Positions 7,882-18,100 of a stretch of 59,565 nt of DNA are shown piece after piece. How positions within the stretch are numbered: the first letter of the stretch is position 1; the number at the start of each line of letters is the position of its first letter. The position numbers and the translations under genes were made by a program. The DNA comes from Chloroherpeton thalassium (GTDB lineage: Bacteria > Bacteroidota > Ignavibacteria > Kapaibacteriales > UBA2268). Under the pieces are notes generated by a model, which saw nothing but the letters and a program-made list of their open reading frames with translations, did not search any database and was not told the origin of the DNA. The stretch covers positions 1 to 59,565 of the forward strand of contig DYLM01000005.1 of assembly GCA_020722095.1 (NCBI GenBank), read 5' to 3'.

Positions 7882-8151
7882 TTAAGAAATAGCAGGAATA
7901 TCATCAGAGGGAATAAATACTGGACTGTATTTTTCCAATTTTATAGCCACACTACTTCCTGCTTCTTGATACCATATCCAATAATTGTTACTAATTGATA
8001 CATCTGCCGAATAACATCCAACATATCCAGGAGTTTTTAGCTCTGTACAAGTATAAACTATTGTTCCATTCTCATCTCTTAATGTAACAGTTGCTCCTAA
8101 TAAAGGCTTCCCCAAACCATCATAAAAAGGTCTACACCATTTCACTGCCAT
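7882..8151 (-). CDS. Small prealbumin/carboxypeptidase-regulatory-like beta-sandwich protein (fibre accessory?)
   Basis: GKPLLGATVTLRDENGTIV resembles the C-terminal module of the 809-aa protein (TPLIGATVELKDSTTGGLY). It is the last gene of the late operon. Confidence 0.45.
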   Translation of the reverse strand: MAVKWCRPFYDGLGKPLLGATVTLRDENGTIVYTCTELKTPGYVGCYSADVSISNNYWIWYQEAGSSVAIKLEKYSPVFIPSDDIPAIS

Positions 8152-8158
8152 AACAACC

Positions 8159-10081
8159 TCAATCTAAAATATCGTCTGTTATCACATCTATTTGATCAGT
8201 TAAAGTAGCATCATCTACTCCATCTACATTAACTTCACCTGCTCCTGACCCAGTAGATACTTCTACAACAAAATTCCCCAACCCATCTCTCATATTTTCT
8301 GCTATCATTTCTGTTCCGCCAACAGTAAGTTTAACAGTATTCTTATCATCCAAATATTTAGATTCAGATTTACTAAATAATTTTAAAGTTACTTTTGGTT
8401 GTATTTTAACCCCACCCTCTCCAGTTCCGCCTCCAGGATCACCACTTTGACTTGGAGTTTCATCTTGTGGTTCAATAGGTTGAGGATATTCTATTGGATC
8501 AGAATAATCTGAGCCAGGATTCCAATTAGTATAAGGATTATTTGCTGATAGATCAACCATAAATATATCTCTTGCATTTTGTCCCATACAAGATACAAAA
8601 GCAATTTTAGTTCCTTGTCTATTTATGGTAAAATCCGGCTGTGCATTCTTTTCTATTAATTTATTAACTCCATTATAATATGTTTGTCTTGGTCTTGTAT
8701 GGCAAATTCTACGAGCAAAAGGATGAAACCAAGCATTATACAACTCATTAAGAATTGGAACAGCTATTATTTCTCCTACTAATGGATACCAATGGTTAAC
8801 AGCAGGATTATCTTCAGGAACTTGCCATCCAGCAGATCCAAATTTCCAAGTAGATACATATAAATATTGATCGCTATTATCTCCAGATGAATGCGAAAAA
8901 GTTGTGCTAATCCAAGTAACTCCTTTTTTCATTAAACATCTTACTCTATAATCAATAAGAGTTTTGTTATTCCAGGATTCTGTTGTATCACTATCAACTC
9001 TTATCATTATAATATCACCTAATTTAGGAGAAAACTGATGATAATTCCACAATACTTCATTGTGGTTATTTGATCTTGGACAAACAATCCAATCTTCATT
9101 ATTATTCCCTGCCACAACAGCAAAATGAATTATTCCAGGAGTAACAGTTCTTATTCTTGTAAAAGTTGCTCTATCATAAACTTCAATACCTTTTTCTATT
9201 GCTGTATCATTTGGGCCATCATAAGAAGAATGCCATGCAACAATTATATAAGCACCAGAAGCAGATATAACTGCATAATCTACATCGCTATAATTTCTGG
9301 TAAAATTGCTATCTGCCCCTTTTGCTCCTGTATTAAGATTGATAGCAAATAAAACATCTTTCCCATCTGCTGTTCTATTAGCTCCTATAACCCAATATGT
9401 TCCATCTTTACTCAAATCTCCTTCTCCACCTGCTGGAAAAAAATCAGTATATCCTGCGGGTGAATAATGAGTAACTTCTTGATAACCAGGTGCATCGTCA
9501 ATCAATTTATATATATATAGTCCAGTAGTTTCCAAATAAGCAAATGTTAAATTTGGATCAACAACATTCCCATTTGCCGTAGTCAATTTATACCATCTGA
9601 ATCTGTCCATTGTAAAAGCAGCATTTGTTGCTGCATTATCTGTACATATTTTTCTCAATCTTTGTCCTGTTACTCCATCAAATAAGAATGAACCTCCAGA
9701 TTTATTTGCCCCTACAATATCTGTATCCCAATCCTTTCCATACAAATAACTACCATCTTTATTAAAATAACATACCTCGCTGTTAAGTATATTTGCCCCT
9801 TGATACTCTGGATGATCATATCCTGATCTTGTTATTCTTGTTATTACAGAATTAAAAGCAACTCCAGCAGGGTTAGGATTACTTGAAGGATCATTGTAAT
9901 TCGGAGTCCCTCCATCTGGAGTTTGTGGATATGGCAAATCTGTATATGTATCTACAGGTAGATTTCCAGGAACTAAAGCATGATCTGGAATAAATGTATC
10001 TAAATTTTCAGGGAAAACAAAATTTGGAGAACTCCCACCATCTAACCAGCTATTCCCATTTATTACATCAAATGTTCCCAT
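8159..10081 (-). CDS. Tail fibre/receptor-binding-type structural protein (propeller-like core, C-terminal Ig-like module)
   Basis: This 640-aa ORF lies in the fibre region. It is rich in G/N/Y/W and has a PGGGTGEGG linker before a beta-rich C-terminus. Confidence 0.4.
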   Translation of the reverse strand: MGTFDVINGNSWLDGGSSPNFVFPENLDTFIPDHALVPGNLPVDTYTDLPYPQTPDGGTPNYNDPSSNPNPAGVAFNSVITRITRSGYDHPEYQGANILNSEVCYFNKDGSYLYGKDWDTDIVGANKSGGSFLFDGVTGQRLRKICTDNAATNAAFTMDRFRWYKLTTANGNVVDPNLTFAYLETTGLYIYKLIDDAPGYQEVTHYSPAGYTDFFPAGGEGDLSKDGTYWVIGANRTADGKDVLFAINLNTGAKGADSNFTRNYSDVDYAVISASGAYIIVAWHSSYDGPNDTAIEKGIEVYDRATFTRIRTVTPGIIHFAVVAGNNNEDWIVCPRSNNHNEVLWNYHQFSPKLGDIIMIRVDSDTTESWNNKTLIDYRVRCLMKKGVTWISTTFSHSSGDNSDQYLYVSTWKFGSAGWQVPEDNPAVNHWYPLVGEIIAVPILNELYNAWFHPFARRICHTRPRQTYYNGVNKLIEKNAQPDFTINRQGTKIAFVSCMGQNARDIFMVDLSANNPYTNWNPGSDYSDPIEYPQPIEPQDETPSQSGDPGGGTGEGGVKIQPKVTLKLFSKSESKYLDDKNTVKLTVGGTEMIAENMRDGLGNFVVEVSTGSGAGEVNVDGVDDATLTDQIDVITDDILD

Positions 10082-10090
10082 ATTAATTCC

Positions 10091-12520
10091 TTAATGCTGA
10101 GATTTATAAACTGGCCAATATTCGCTTGGAACTAAAACAATAGAAGATACTTGCGTTATTTTAACAGTATTAACATAAATATCCAATTTTTTAGTTGATA
10201 ATCCTGCTGGTAATGTACCATAATACAATCCTCCATATTGAGGATGCTCTGATAAAGTCATATATAAACCACCTGTAGTTGAATCTTTTAATTCAACCGT
10301 TGCTCCAATTAGTGGAGTTCTTGTTGATTTATCAATAAAATTAAAAAATACTACTGTTGCTGGGCCAAGAGGAATATTTGCTAACCCGTTATCATCTTGA
10401 ATATTAAAAAACAAAAACTCATGGGTGAATGCTATCTTAGATGTTCCACAAGTGAATGTATAAGAATTCCAATAAGAAAGCCAATTATCATAATCATCAA
10501 AAGTATTTTCTCCATCATCTCCAGGATCAAATGCTATATTATATATTAAAGGATAATTATCTGTTGTGCCATCCAAATATTGTATTCCGAAAACAACACT
10601 ATGATCTACAGTATATGCACAAGCAATTTTTGGAGAACCTGTACTTGAATCCCCATGCGTCCAAAAATAACCCATAGAAGTAATTGCCCAAGTATTATAT
10701 TTCAATTGATAACGAGTAAAATACATAGTAGGCCAATTCCAACATCTTGCTATGTATATACTTCCCCAATCTTGATCCACACAAGCATCTATCAAATCTG
10801 CCGCCCCCCAATTCATTTTCTGAACATAAATGAATTTATGAGCTGTCCAATCCCAATATAACTGGTATGTATCTTTTGATCCAGTAGCATTATTACTTCC
10901 AATAAATTCTATTCTATTATTAACAGTGTTGTAATGAGTTATTATATATATGAATTCATAATCATAAGCTTCTCCACCTGTGGGCTTTGTAGTATTGAAT
11001 GTTGCTTCTGCTGACCAAGTAGCACCACCATCTTCACTATACTTCCAATTATTTGAATAATTAACCAATATTCTTAATGAATTGTCTTTGTCAACTGCTA
11101 CAGAACCCAAACTTAGTCCAGAAACTGTAGTTAATTTAACATCACTTATTAAAGCATGAGTTGTTAAATTAATTTTAGCTAAAAATGTTCCATGATCAGG
11201 ATCTGCAGAAGACGTAGAATGTAGTACATACAAAGTATTCCCAGAAATGTCAATAGAAACTAAATTAGAATTATCATTATCCCTAACAAGTTCATATTCT
11301 AATGCCCAAGTATCTCCAGCATCAGCTGTTCTTAAAATTACCAAATGATCATCTGTTGTTTTTCTCATTGCTATATAAAATGTACCTGTGCTTCTGGAAT
11401 ATACAGATAATTTACTTGCATTCCAATAAGGATTTTTATACAAAGAGGTTCCATATATATCCAGTCCTGTTGGATTTGTAGCATTATATATAGCATAATC
11501 TACATTAGATTGTTTATATGCCACAACTTGATATAATGGAACATATGGCGGCGTCCAAGCAGGAGTCAACCAATCACTTGCAAATCCTGCTGCATATAAT
11601 GTTACTGGGATATTAGAACCTGCTGACAAAGTTGACCAAGAATTTCCAGTAATATCATATTTTGTTACACTTGCCATTGCTCCTGCTGCTGCATATCCTC
11701 CAGCATAATATAAATATAATTCATTTAATGTTTTAAATATTGCTCCATAATATATCCACTCCGGCATATTGGCAAGATTTGTCCAAGTATCATTTGAAAA
11801 TCTATATTTGTCTGTTCTTTGAGATTTATCAGCAGCGGAATAATATCCTCCACAAACATAAGCATAATCTTTTACACCTGCTCCAGTTCCTATGCTTGGG
11901 CCTTCAATTGATCTTCTATGCATATAAGTTGTAGCTGCATCTGTAGCCCGATAAATAGTTTGCGAATTAACTTCCACTCTATAATTATTGTTATCTGGAT
12001 TGCCAGTATTATTTGCAACTGTTGCCATTCTACCATCTAAATAATGATACATATTGTTGGTAGAACGCATTATGGTGTGATATTTATGCCAATGAAATAA
12101 AGTTGTTTTTGTAGTCCAGGCTAATGTATTTATATCGAATTCATAATTTTCATTTGAACAAAAAGAACCAGTTATTTCCCCTCCAATCATAAAGCCTTTG
12201 CTACCGGCTGCGTGACCTGGAAGTCCAGCTAATCTATTGCCTGCTCCTGGATCAGTTCCTCTCGCTGTTAAAACTTCTGTTGAAGTATTAAATGTATGTG
12301 CTTCATCTATTGGCCAAGTTGCACCTGATCCATTAAAAATACCCACATGTCTAACTCCTGTAGTGGCTATCATTTCAGGAGTAGCCATACCAAATTTGGC
12401 TTGGCTCAATGTAGTTCCAGAAGTAGACCAAGTTTCAGTAGCAAGATCAAATTTATAAATAGCATTTGTATTAGCTCCCCCTCCAACCCCGCCAAAAGTA
12501 AACCACTTCTCATTGGCCAC
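10091..12520 (-). CDS. Kelch-repeat + BNR/Asp-box repeat tail fibre-like protein
   Basis: Kelch-like units include FGGVGGG..IYKFDLATETWS, MIGGE..YEFDINTLAWT and VCGGYY..YRFSNDTWT. Asp-boxes include RTADAGDTWA and SEDGGATWS. Confidence 0.55.
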   Translation of the reverse strand: MANEKWFTFGGVGGGANTNAIYKFDLATETWSTSGTTLSQAKFGMATPEMIATTGVRHVGIFNGSGATWPIDEAHTFNTSTEVLTARGTDPGAGNRLAGLPGHAAGSKGFMIGGEITGSFCSNENYEFDINTLAWTTKTTLFHWHKYHTIMRSTNNMYHYLDGRMATVANNTGNPDNNNYRVEVNSQTIYRATDAATTYMHRRSIEGPSIGTGAGVKDYAYVCGGYYSAADKSQRTDKYRFSNDTWTNLANMPEWIYYGAIFKTLNELYLYYAGGYAAAGAMASVTKYDITGNSWSTLSAGSNIPVTLYAAGFASDWLTPAWTPPYVPLYQVVAYKQSNVDYAIYNATNPTGLDIYGTSLYKNPYWNASKLSVYSRSTGTFYIAMRKTTDDHLVILRTADAGDTWALEYELVRDNDNSNLVSIDISGNTLYVLHSTSSADPDHGTFLAKINLTTHALISDVKLTTVSGLSLGSVAVDKDNSLRILVNYSNNWKYSEDGGATWSAEATFNTTKPTGGEAYDYEFIYIITHYNTVNNRIEFIGSNNATGSKDTYQLYWDWTAHKFIYVQKMNWGAADLIDACVDQDWGSIYIARCWNWPTMYFTRYQLKYNTWAITSMGYFWTHGDSSTGSPKIACAYTVDHSVVFGIQYLDGTTDNYPLIYNIAFDPGDDGENTFDDYDNWLSYWNSYTFTCGTSKIAFTHEFLFFNIQDDNGLANIPLGPATVVFFNFIDKSTRTPLIGATVELKDSTTGGLYMTLSEHPQYGGLYYGTLPAGLSTKKLDIYVNTVKITQVSSIVLVPSEYWPVYKSQH

Positions 12521-13211
12521 TTTTCTTCATTCCTTTTAATTGAAATGGAACAGTTAATGTTTCTCCATACAATGTTCTTTCTTCTGGAGAAAGATTCTTT
12601 AGATATTCATCAATCAAAGGCTTAAATTGCTTCATATCTCCTGTTACCAAACTTCGATAAAGTTGTCCACCAGAAATAAGAAATTTAATATACCATTTAA
12701 TTGCTTCCGCTTTATTGTCTCCTTGACTTACATCTCCCATTTTCTCTTTAGCAATTGCTCTGACTTCTTCAAACACTTTTAACTCTTGGAATTTCCCCTC
12801 CAATCCTTTCAAAGACATAGCAATTCTTCTATTATTACATTCTATTTTATGTTTTAACAATTCTATTTTCCAACGATTTGGATCATTATCAATATCATGT
12901 TTTTGTAATAACTTTCCCAATCTTTTTATTTCAGATTGTTTAATCTTATTACGAATTTTTGTTTCTTGGATCTCTTCTAAAATTCCAACAATCGTTTTGA
13001 ATCTCCCAAATGATTCAAGAACACATTGATAATATATTGCATACCATGTTGGAAATTCTTGAAGAGAAAATACAAATGTTTTTATTTGAAATTCTGTCAT
13101 TCCTTGTGGAACTTGAGGATAAAGTTCGTGTAAATTATTTAAAATATTTTGCTGATCCTTAGTCAACAAATTAGATAATTCATCCCCTATTTGTAAATCT
13201 TGATTGCCCAT
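12510..13211 (-). CDS. Hypothetical helical protein (fibre assembly/chaperone position)
   Basis: This 233-aa ORF sits between two fibre genes and has a GGAG-type RBS. Confidence 0.4.
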   Translation of the reverse strand: MGNQDLQIGDELSNLLTKDQQNILNNLHELYPQVPQGMTEFQIKTFVFSLQEFPTWYAIYYQCVLESFGRFKTIVGILEEIQETKIRNKIKQSEIKRLGKLLQKHDIDNDPNRWKIELLKHKIECNNRRIAMSLKGLEGKFQELKVFEEVRAIAKEKMGDVSQGDNKAEAIKWYIKFLISGGQLYRSLVTGDMKQFKPLIDEYLKNLSPEERTLYGETLTVPFQLKGMKKSGQ

Positions 13212-13220
13212 GATAACTCC

Positions 13221-15134
13221 TTATACAACAATTACATCTTCAAATGTTATGCTACCAGATCCAATTACTTCTCCTGATCCTGCTCCGGCTGGTATTTCTG
13301 GTGGATCTTGTTCTAATAAATGTAAACCCATTAACTGTAACCCTCCCTTGTGTCCTATGTATCTATTAAAGAAATAACTTCTTTTATTATTTCCTTTTGT
13401 AGTCACTAATGCTGCCCAATTATAATCCATATGTGGAACAAATATCAATTTATTAGCAGCAAACACTTTTGATTTGACTAATTCTTCTGATGGTTCAAGA
13501 TATTCCCAATCTAAAAAAGCAGCATAATAAGAACCATCTCTATATATTTTTCTATCTCCACCAATCAACTCATAAGAAGCAGCATCTTCTCTTTCCCATT
13601 CTTGATCAAAAACAGATGCTTGTTTTAATTGAAAATCCCAAGAAATTTCATAAAATTCTATGCCATCTATATACATTGTTCCAATATCAGTATAATCTCC
13701 TGTTATGTCATAAGGCTCTATCCTAACAATTATCGTATCTCCATCTGCTGTCGCAGAACAAGTTCCAACTACAAAATATGGTTTCCATTCTGTAGTCAAT
13801 CCTATATCCTCATTTATCATGTTTCTATCTGCTGGATCAGAAGAATTATTATCCATTCTAACTGAACCAATAGATACTGCATCCCCTTTTGCCCAAAATA
13901 AAATACAGTACTTTTTACCTGCCATAGAATCTCCTGATCCCCAATCTCTATGGACAACAAAGTAAGCAAATTCTTCAATAACTGTTGAATCATCTTTTAT
14001 TTTCAAACAATAATTCCCAAATTGAGTATCAGCATCAGATGATCTCGTTAAATAGGCAGTTGTGCTCTCTACCATACTAATTAAATTAAAATATTGTACA
14101 GAAGCATTTGATGTTGACTCTACCCAGGTTGCTCCATCATCTGTAGAACGAAATATTATTCCCCCAGTAGCACCTTCATCTACAGCAGCTAACAATATCC
14201 CATTTTCAAGGAATATCATTGATCTTACTATTCCTAAATTTGGATTACCAGAATCAAAGTTCTGAGCAGCAGACCAAGTATCACCTCTATCATCACTATA
14301 ATAATAATTTCCATCATCACCACCAGCAAACACTCTATCTGTATCTGTATCTTCTGCAAAACAATATATAATACTTTCTGTTCCCAATTGTCCTTCATTA
14401 GTCCAATTTAATCCAGCATCAGAAGTAGAATATACTTCCCCTCCAGTAGAAGTTCCCGCCAAAGCATCAGTAGCATCTCCAGATAATTTTATCATACACC
14501 ACACATCTACTTCCCCCAAATCTCCTAAATCTGTCCATGTGTCTCCCCAATCTGTCGATCTACATATTCTGGAATCAAAAGCAGTAGATTGCGTTCCACA
14601 AGTAACAACTCCTGCTCCATAATGTATAATACATCTAATTATTTCTGTATTAACTCCAGCAGGATTTCCTTCAGATGTCCAAGTCAATCCCCAATCTGTA
14701 GATCTCAATATAACTGCTGTAGCTGCTCCCCCTTTCTGAGTTCCTGCTAAAACTATACCATTACCTAAATAACTAAATGATACAACATAATAACCAGTTT
14801 TAACAACTGACCAAGTTAATCCAAAATCTGTTGATCTATATATTTTATCATCAAAATCTCCAGCAAGAACTATTCCGCCATCACAATAAACTAATGGCCA
14901 CATATATGCTGGTGTAAAACCTGAATCTACATCCACCCATTCTTCTCCATTATCTCCTGAAAAGAATATTTGACCTGTTCCGTGAGAACTACAGAGAACT
15001 ATATTATTTTCATTCCACCCATCTATATCATCTTCAAAAGATGTATTCTCAATTAAGTTGTGACCATTAACAAGCAGGAATCTGTGCTTACCTACTCCGC
15101 CAACTACTAATTGATTAAGTTGATAATCAGGCAT
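13221..15134 (-). CDS. BNR/Asp-box beta-propeller protein with a C-terminal carbohydrate-binding-like domain (receptor-binding protein candidate)
   Basis: There are at least seven S/T-x-D-x-G-x-T/N-W boxes: SGDNGEEW, STDFGLTW, STDWGLTW, STDWGDTW, TSDAGLNW, SDDRGDTW, STDDGATW. Confidence 0.6.
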   Translation of the reverse strand: MPDYQLNQLVVGGVGKHRFLLVNGHNLIENTSFEDDIDGWNENNIVLCSSHGTGQIFFSGDNGEEWVDVDSGFTPAYMWPLVYCDGGIVLAGDFDDKIYRSTDFGLTWSVVKTGYYVVSFSYLGNGIVLAGTQKGGAATAVILRSTDWGLTWTSEGNPAGVNTEIIRCIIHYGAGVVTCGTQSTAFDSRICRSTDWGDTWTDLGDLGEVDVWCMIKLSGDATDALAGTSTGGEVYSTSDAGLNWTNEGQLGTESIIYCFAEDTDTDRVFAGGDDGNYYYSDDRGDTWSAAQNFDSGNPNLGIVRSMIFLENGILLAAVDEGATGGIIFRSTDDGATWVESTSNASVQYFNLISMVESTTAYLTRSSDADTQFGNYCLKIKDDSTVIEEFAYFVVHRDWGSGDSMAGKKYCILFWAKGDAVSIGSVRMDNNSSDPADRNMINEDIGLTTEWKPYFVVGTCSATADGDTIIVRIEPYDITGDYTDIGTMYIDGIEFYEISWDFQLKQASVFDQEWEREDAASYELIGGDRKIYRDGSYYAAFLDWEYLEPSEELVKSKVFAANKLIFVPHMDYNWAALVTTKGNNKRSYFFNRYIGHKGGLQLMGLHLLEQDPPEIPAGAGSGEVIGSGSITFEDVIVV

Positions 15135-15139
15135 TTTTG

Positions 15140-18100
15140 TTATCCTTTATTCTCTAAAACAACAAATCTAATATTTTTTCTTTTGAAAGATACAGTCATA
15201 TTTTTTAATAACCATTGAGTTGTACTCTCTACATTATATAATGTTCTCATAGGAACATCTGCTAAATTAATAGTTGCTACATCAAATAATTGATGCTGAT
15301 ACATAAATATAATTGTTCCTTCAATTTCTCTTCTTTTTTGTACAAAAAACCTCCACAATTGTTCTGCTATAATTCTTGCCACCTGAGGGAAAAATACATA
15401 TTCATTATTAATTGTCAATATTTCACTGCTCAGAGTATTTTCTCCAACAGTTTCCACTCCAGAATATTCACCTAACTGCCAATTTACAGATACACCATCT
15501 ACCTGTGCATCAGACTCTCTAATAAATTCTATATTAACAATAACTTTTTTATCCCAATTTATATTAGTTTCTGGGTCATCTTCCATTCTTTTCCTGGTTA
15601 TAGTCTTTGCTTGTTCATCTATAACCATTGTAAGATTCATTATCTCACACATTTTATCAGCAATTTCCCTAATCTTTTTATTACCAAAATTAGCTACTGG
15701 CAACCGAAGATAAAAGGAATCACTCCATTCCCAAAAATAATTTTTGTGTGGACCAGTGAATCCACATATTTTCCCATCAACATATATTAATTTAACTGGA
15801 CAATCCCATTCCCCTGCTACTATATCTGTTAATTTAGTAATTGTCCAAGCTGTTCCGCTATATTTAGCTTTCCAAAGTTGAGCAGTTTTTCTTTGATATT
15901 TTCTATCTGTTGCCACAAAATATACATACCCATCATCTGGATTATAAACAAATCCAACTAATTGCATTTCCGGATCAGTTATCTGCTCTATTGACATAGC
16001 AGTTAATTCTGGTAAATCACCTGTCGTATATTGAGATACAATCCCGTGAGCAAATATACTATAATCTCTGTTAACTTGATCAAGTAAACAACCGTAAATA
16101 TAATCTCCTTGATCCCAACATAATTCTAATGGAACATAATCATAATTTAACCCATAAGTTCCACTTTCTGCGTGAAATGTCCAACCATATGAATTTTCTA
16201 CATCAATTCCCATATTTGACCATAATTGCCTTCTGGTAAATTTAGCAAGATTTATTCGTAATGATCCGGTTCCAGTTTGTTTTAATCTAAATATGTATTT
16301 GCCTGTTATATTTGGTCCACCACCAGGATTATAATTATTTCTTAACCAAAATTTCATCATTGGATAATCAAGAATAGTAGTCCCTGATCCTACTCCACCA
16401 CCTGTCAATACATCATTAAGATATTCTGGATACCATTCTTCATATAATCCTTCTGTTATAGAAGAAGAAAATTCATAACCATCTCCAAATAAATCCCCTA
16501 CAGAAAAATCAGAATCTGTCAAATCTATTGTTGTAGACAATATTTCATAATCAATAAATAATCTGGCAAATCTTCTTTTATCTGCAAATAATAAAATATC
16601 ATTTTGATCCAACGTAACAGGAACTGACCAATTTTTATTCACAGATGTCCAAGTTGATGCTGAATTATCCCAAAACCATATTTCTGAATCTGTTGGCAAG
16701 AAAGAACTGCCTACTGTTTCTCTTAATGTTGTCAATTCAATGGATTTATTACAAGGAATTATTCGTTTATCAGCAAAAACATAATTTTGATACCAATCAT
16801 CATAAACAGATTGAATGATATAATCACTTTCATTTACATTTGGAGTTAATTGCAAAGCGTCTAATAACAATGTTCTTGCAGCAAATCCTATATCTTGTGA
16901 TCCCCAGCTTCCTTGAGGTCTCATGCCACTTCCGCTATTCCCAACACTTTCTGTAATAGCAGTATCTCCGTGAAAAATTGCTTGACAAACTCCTACTCTT
17001 ACTGCATCTAACCATGTCCCTCCAATATCATATGGAATATATCCATATATTCCATATTCTTCTGTTCCAGTTCCAACAGGAAATTGTACTTTATTATATC
17101 CACCTCTTTGTCCTATTGAATATCTTAATGCCATTTCACTTTGTGGTGTATTTGTATCATTCAAAATATTATAATATCCAGGATTAACAAATGCAGGAAT
17201 TAAAGTATCTAAAACATCATCCTCCTCAAGAGTTCTATAATATAAATGAGCAACGTCAAATTGTAAATCCTTTGTGCCATTAATAGCATATCTATTTATT
17301 ATTAACAGCAATTGTCTAAATGGAATATAGATATTTTCTGTGCAATGCCACCAAAGAGATAATCCTGCATCATCTTTTACATTCCCAACAGTGTGAATAT
17401 ATACATCAGATCCATTCCAATTAAGTACATAATCGTGAGCGCCACTTCTAATCAAATGAAGAGTATCATACAATCCATTCCCAGCAGAAAAATAAGTTCC
17501 AGAAATAGTATTTCCTCCATTTGCTGTGATTACAAAAGATAAAGAAGATGTATCAAGATCGTCAACTCCATCTATTCTAACCATTATTTGTTCTGGCTGT
17601 TCATAATATGATGCTTCATCTATTGATGCTGGAGGAATTGTGTCTCTATATCCAATAGCAAGAATAAAATGCCTCAAGGCTGCATCTTCTGTAACTTCAA
17701 AATATTGTATTGAGTGCAAAGTATAACAAAAATCAACTTCTCCTATTTTTTTCCATTCGTCATCTATAGATGCCAAACAAATTATTTCATTCTTAAAACA
17801 AGCAAATACATACCCAGTACAAGTCCCACTTCCTACACACACGGCTGTAGGTTTTCTTTCTTCTGAAAATCCTGGTTTGCCCCAAACATTTAAAGTAGGT
17901 TGTGATAATTCAATTAATCCTGTAGCTCTTGTTATATCAACTCCATATCCCGATTTATCAATTAATTGGTCCAATACATCTATGACTCTTACACATTGTT
18001 TCCAGATAGCCGGAACAAGAGTTGCTCCATCTGTATCCAATTTAATTATTATATCATCAGATAATTCATTTTTAGAAGATAATCTATGCCAATCATGTTT

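Noticed and set aside
8159-15134. Diversity-generating retroelement targeting the fibre or lectin-fold genes
   Set aside because: No reverse transcriptase ORF is present, and I saw no template/variable repeat pair with adenine-specific mismatches.
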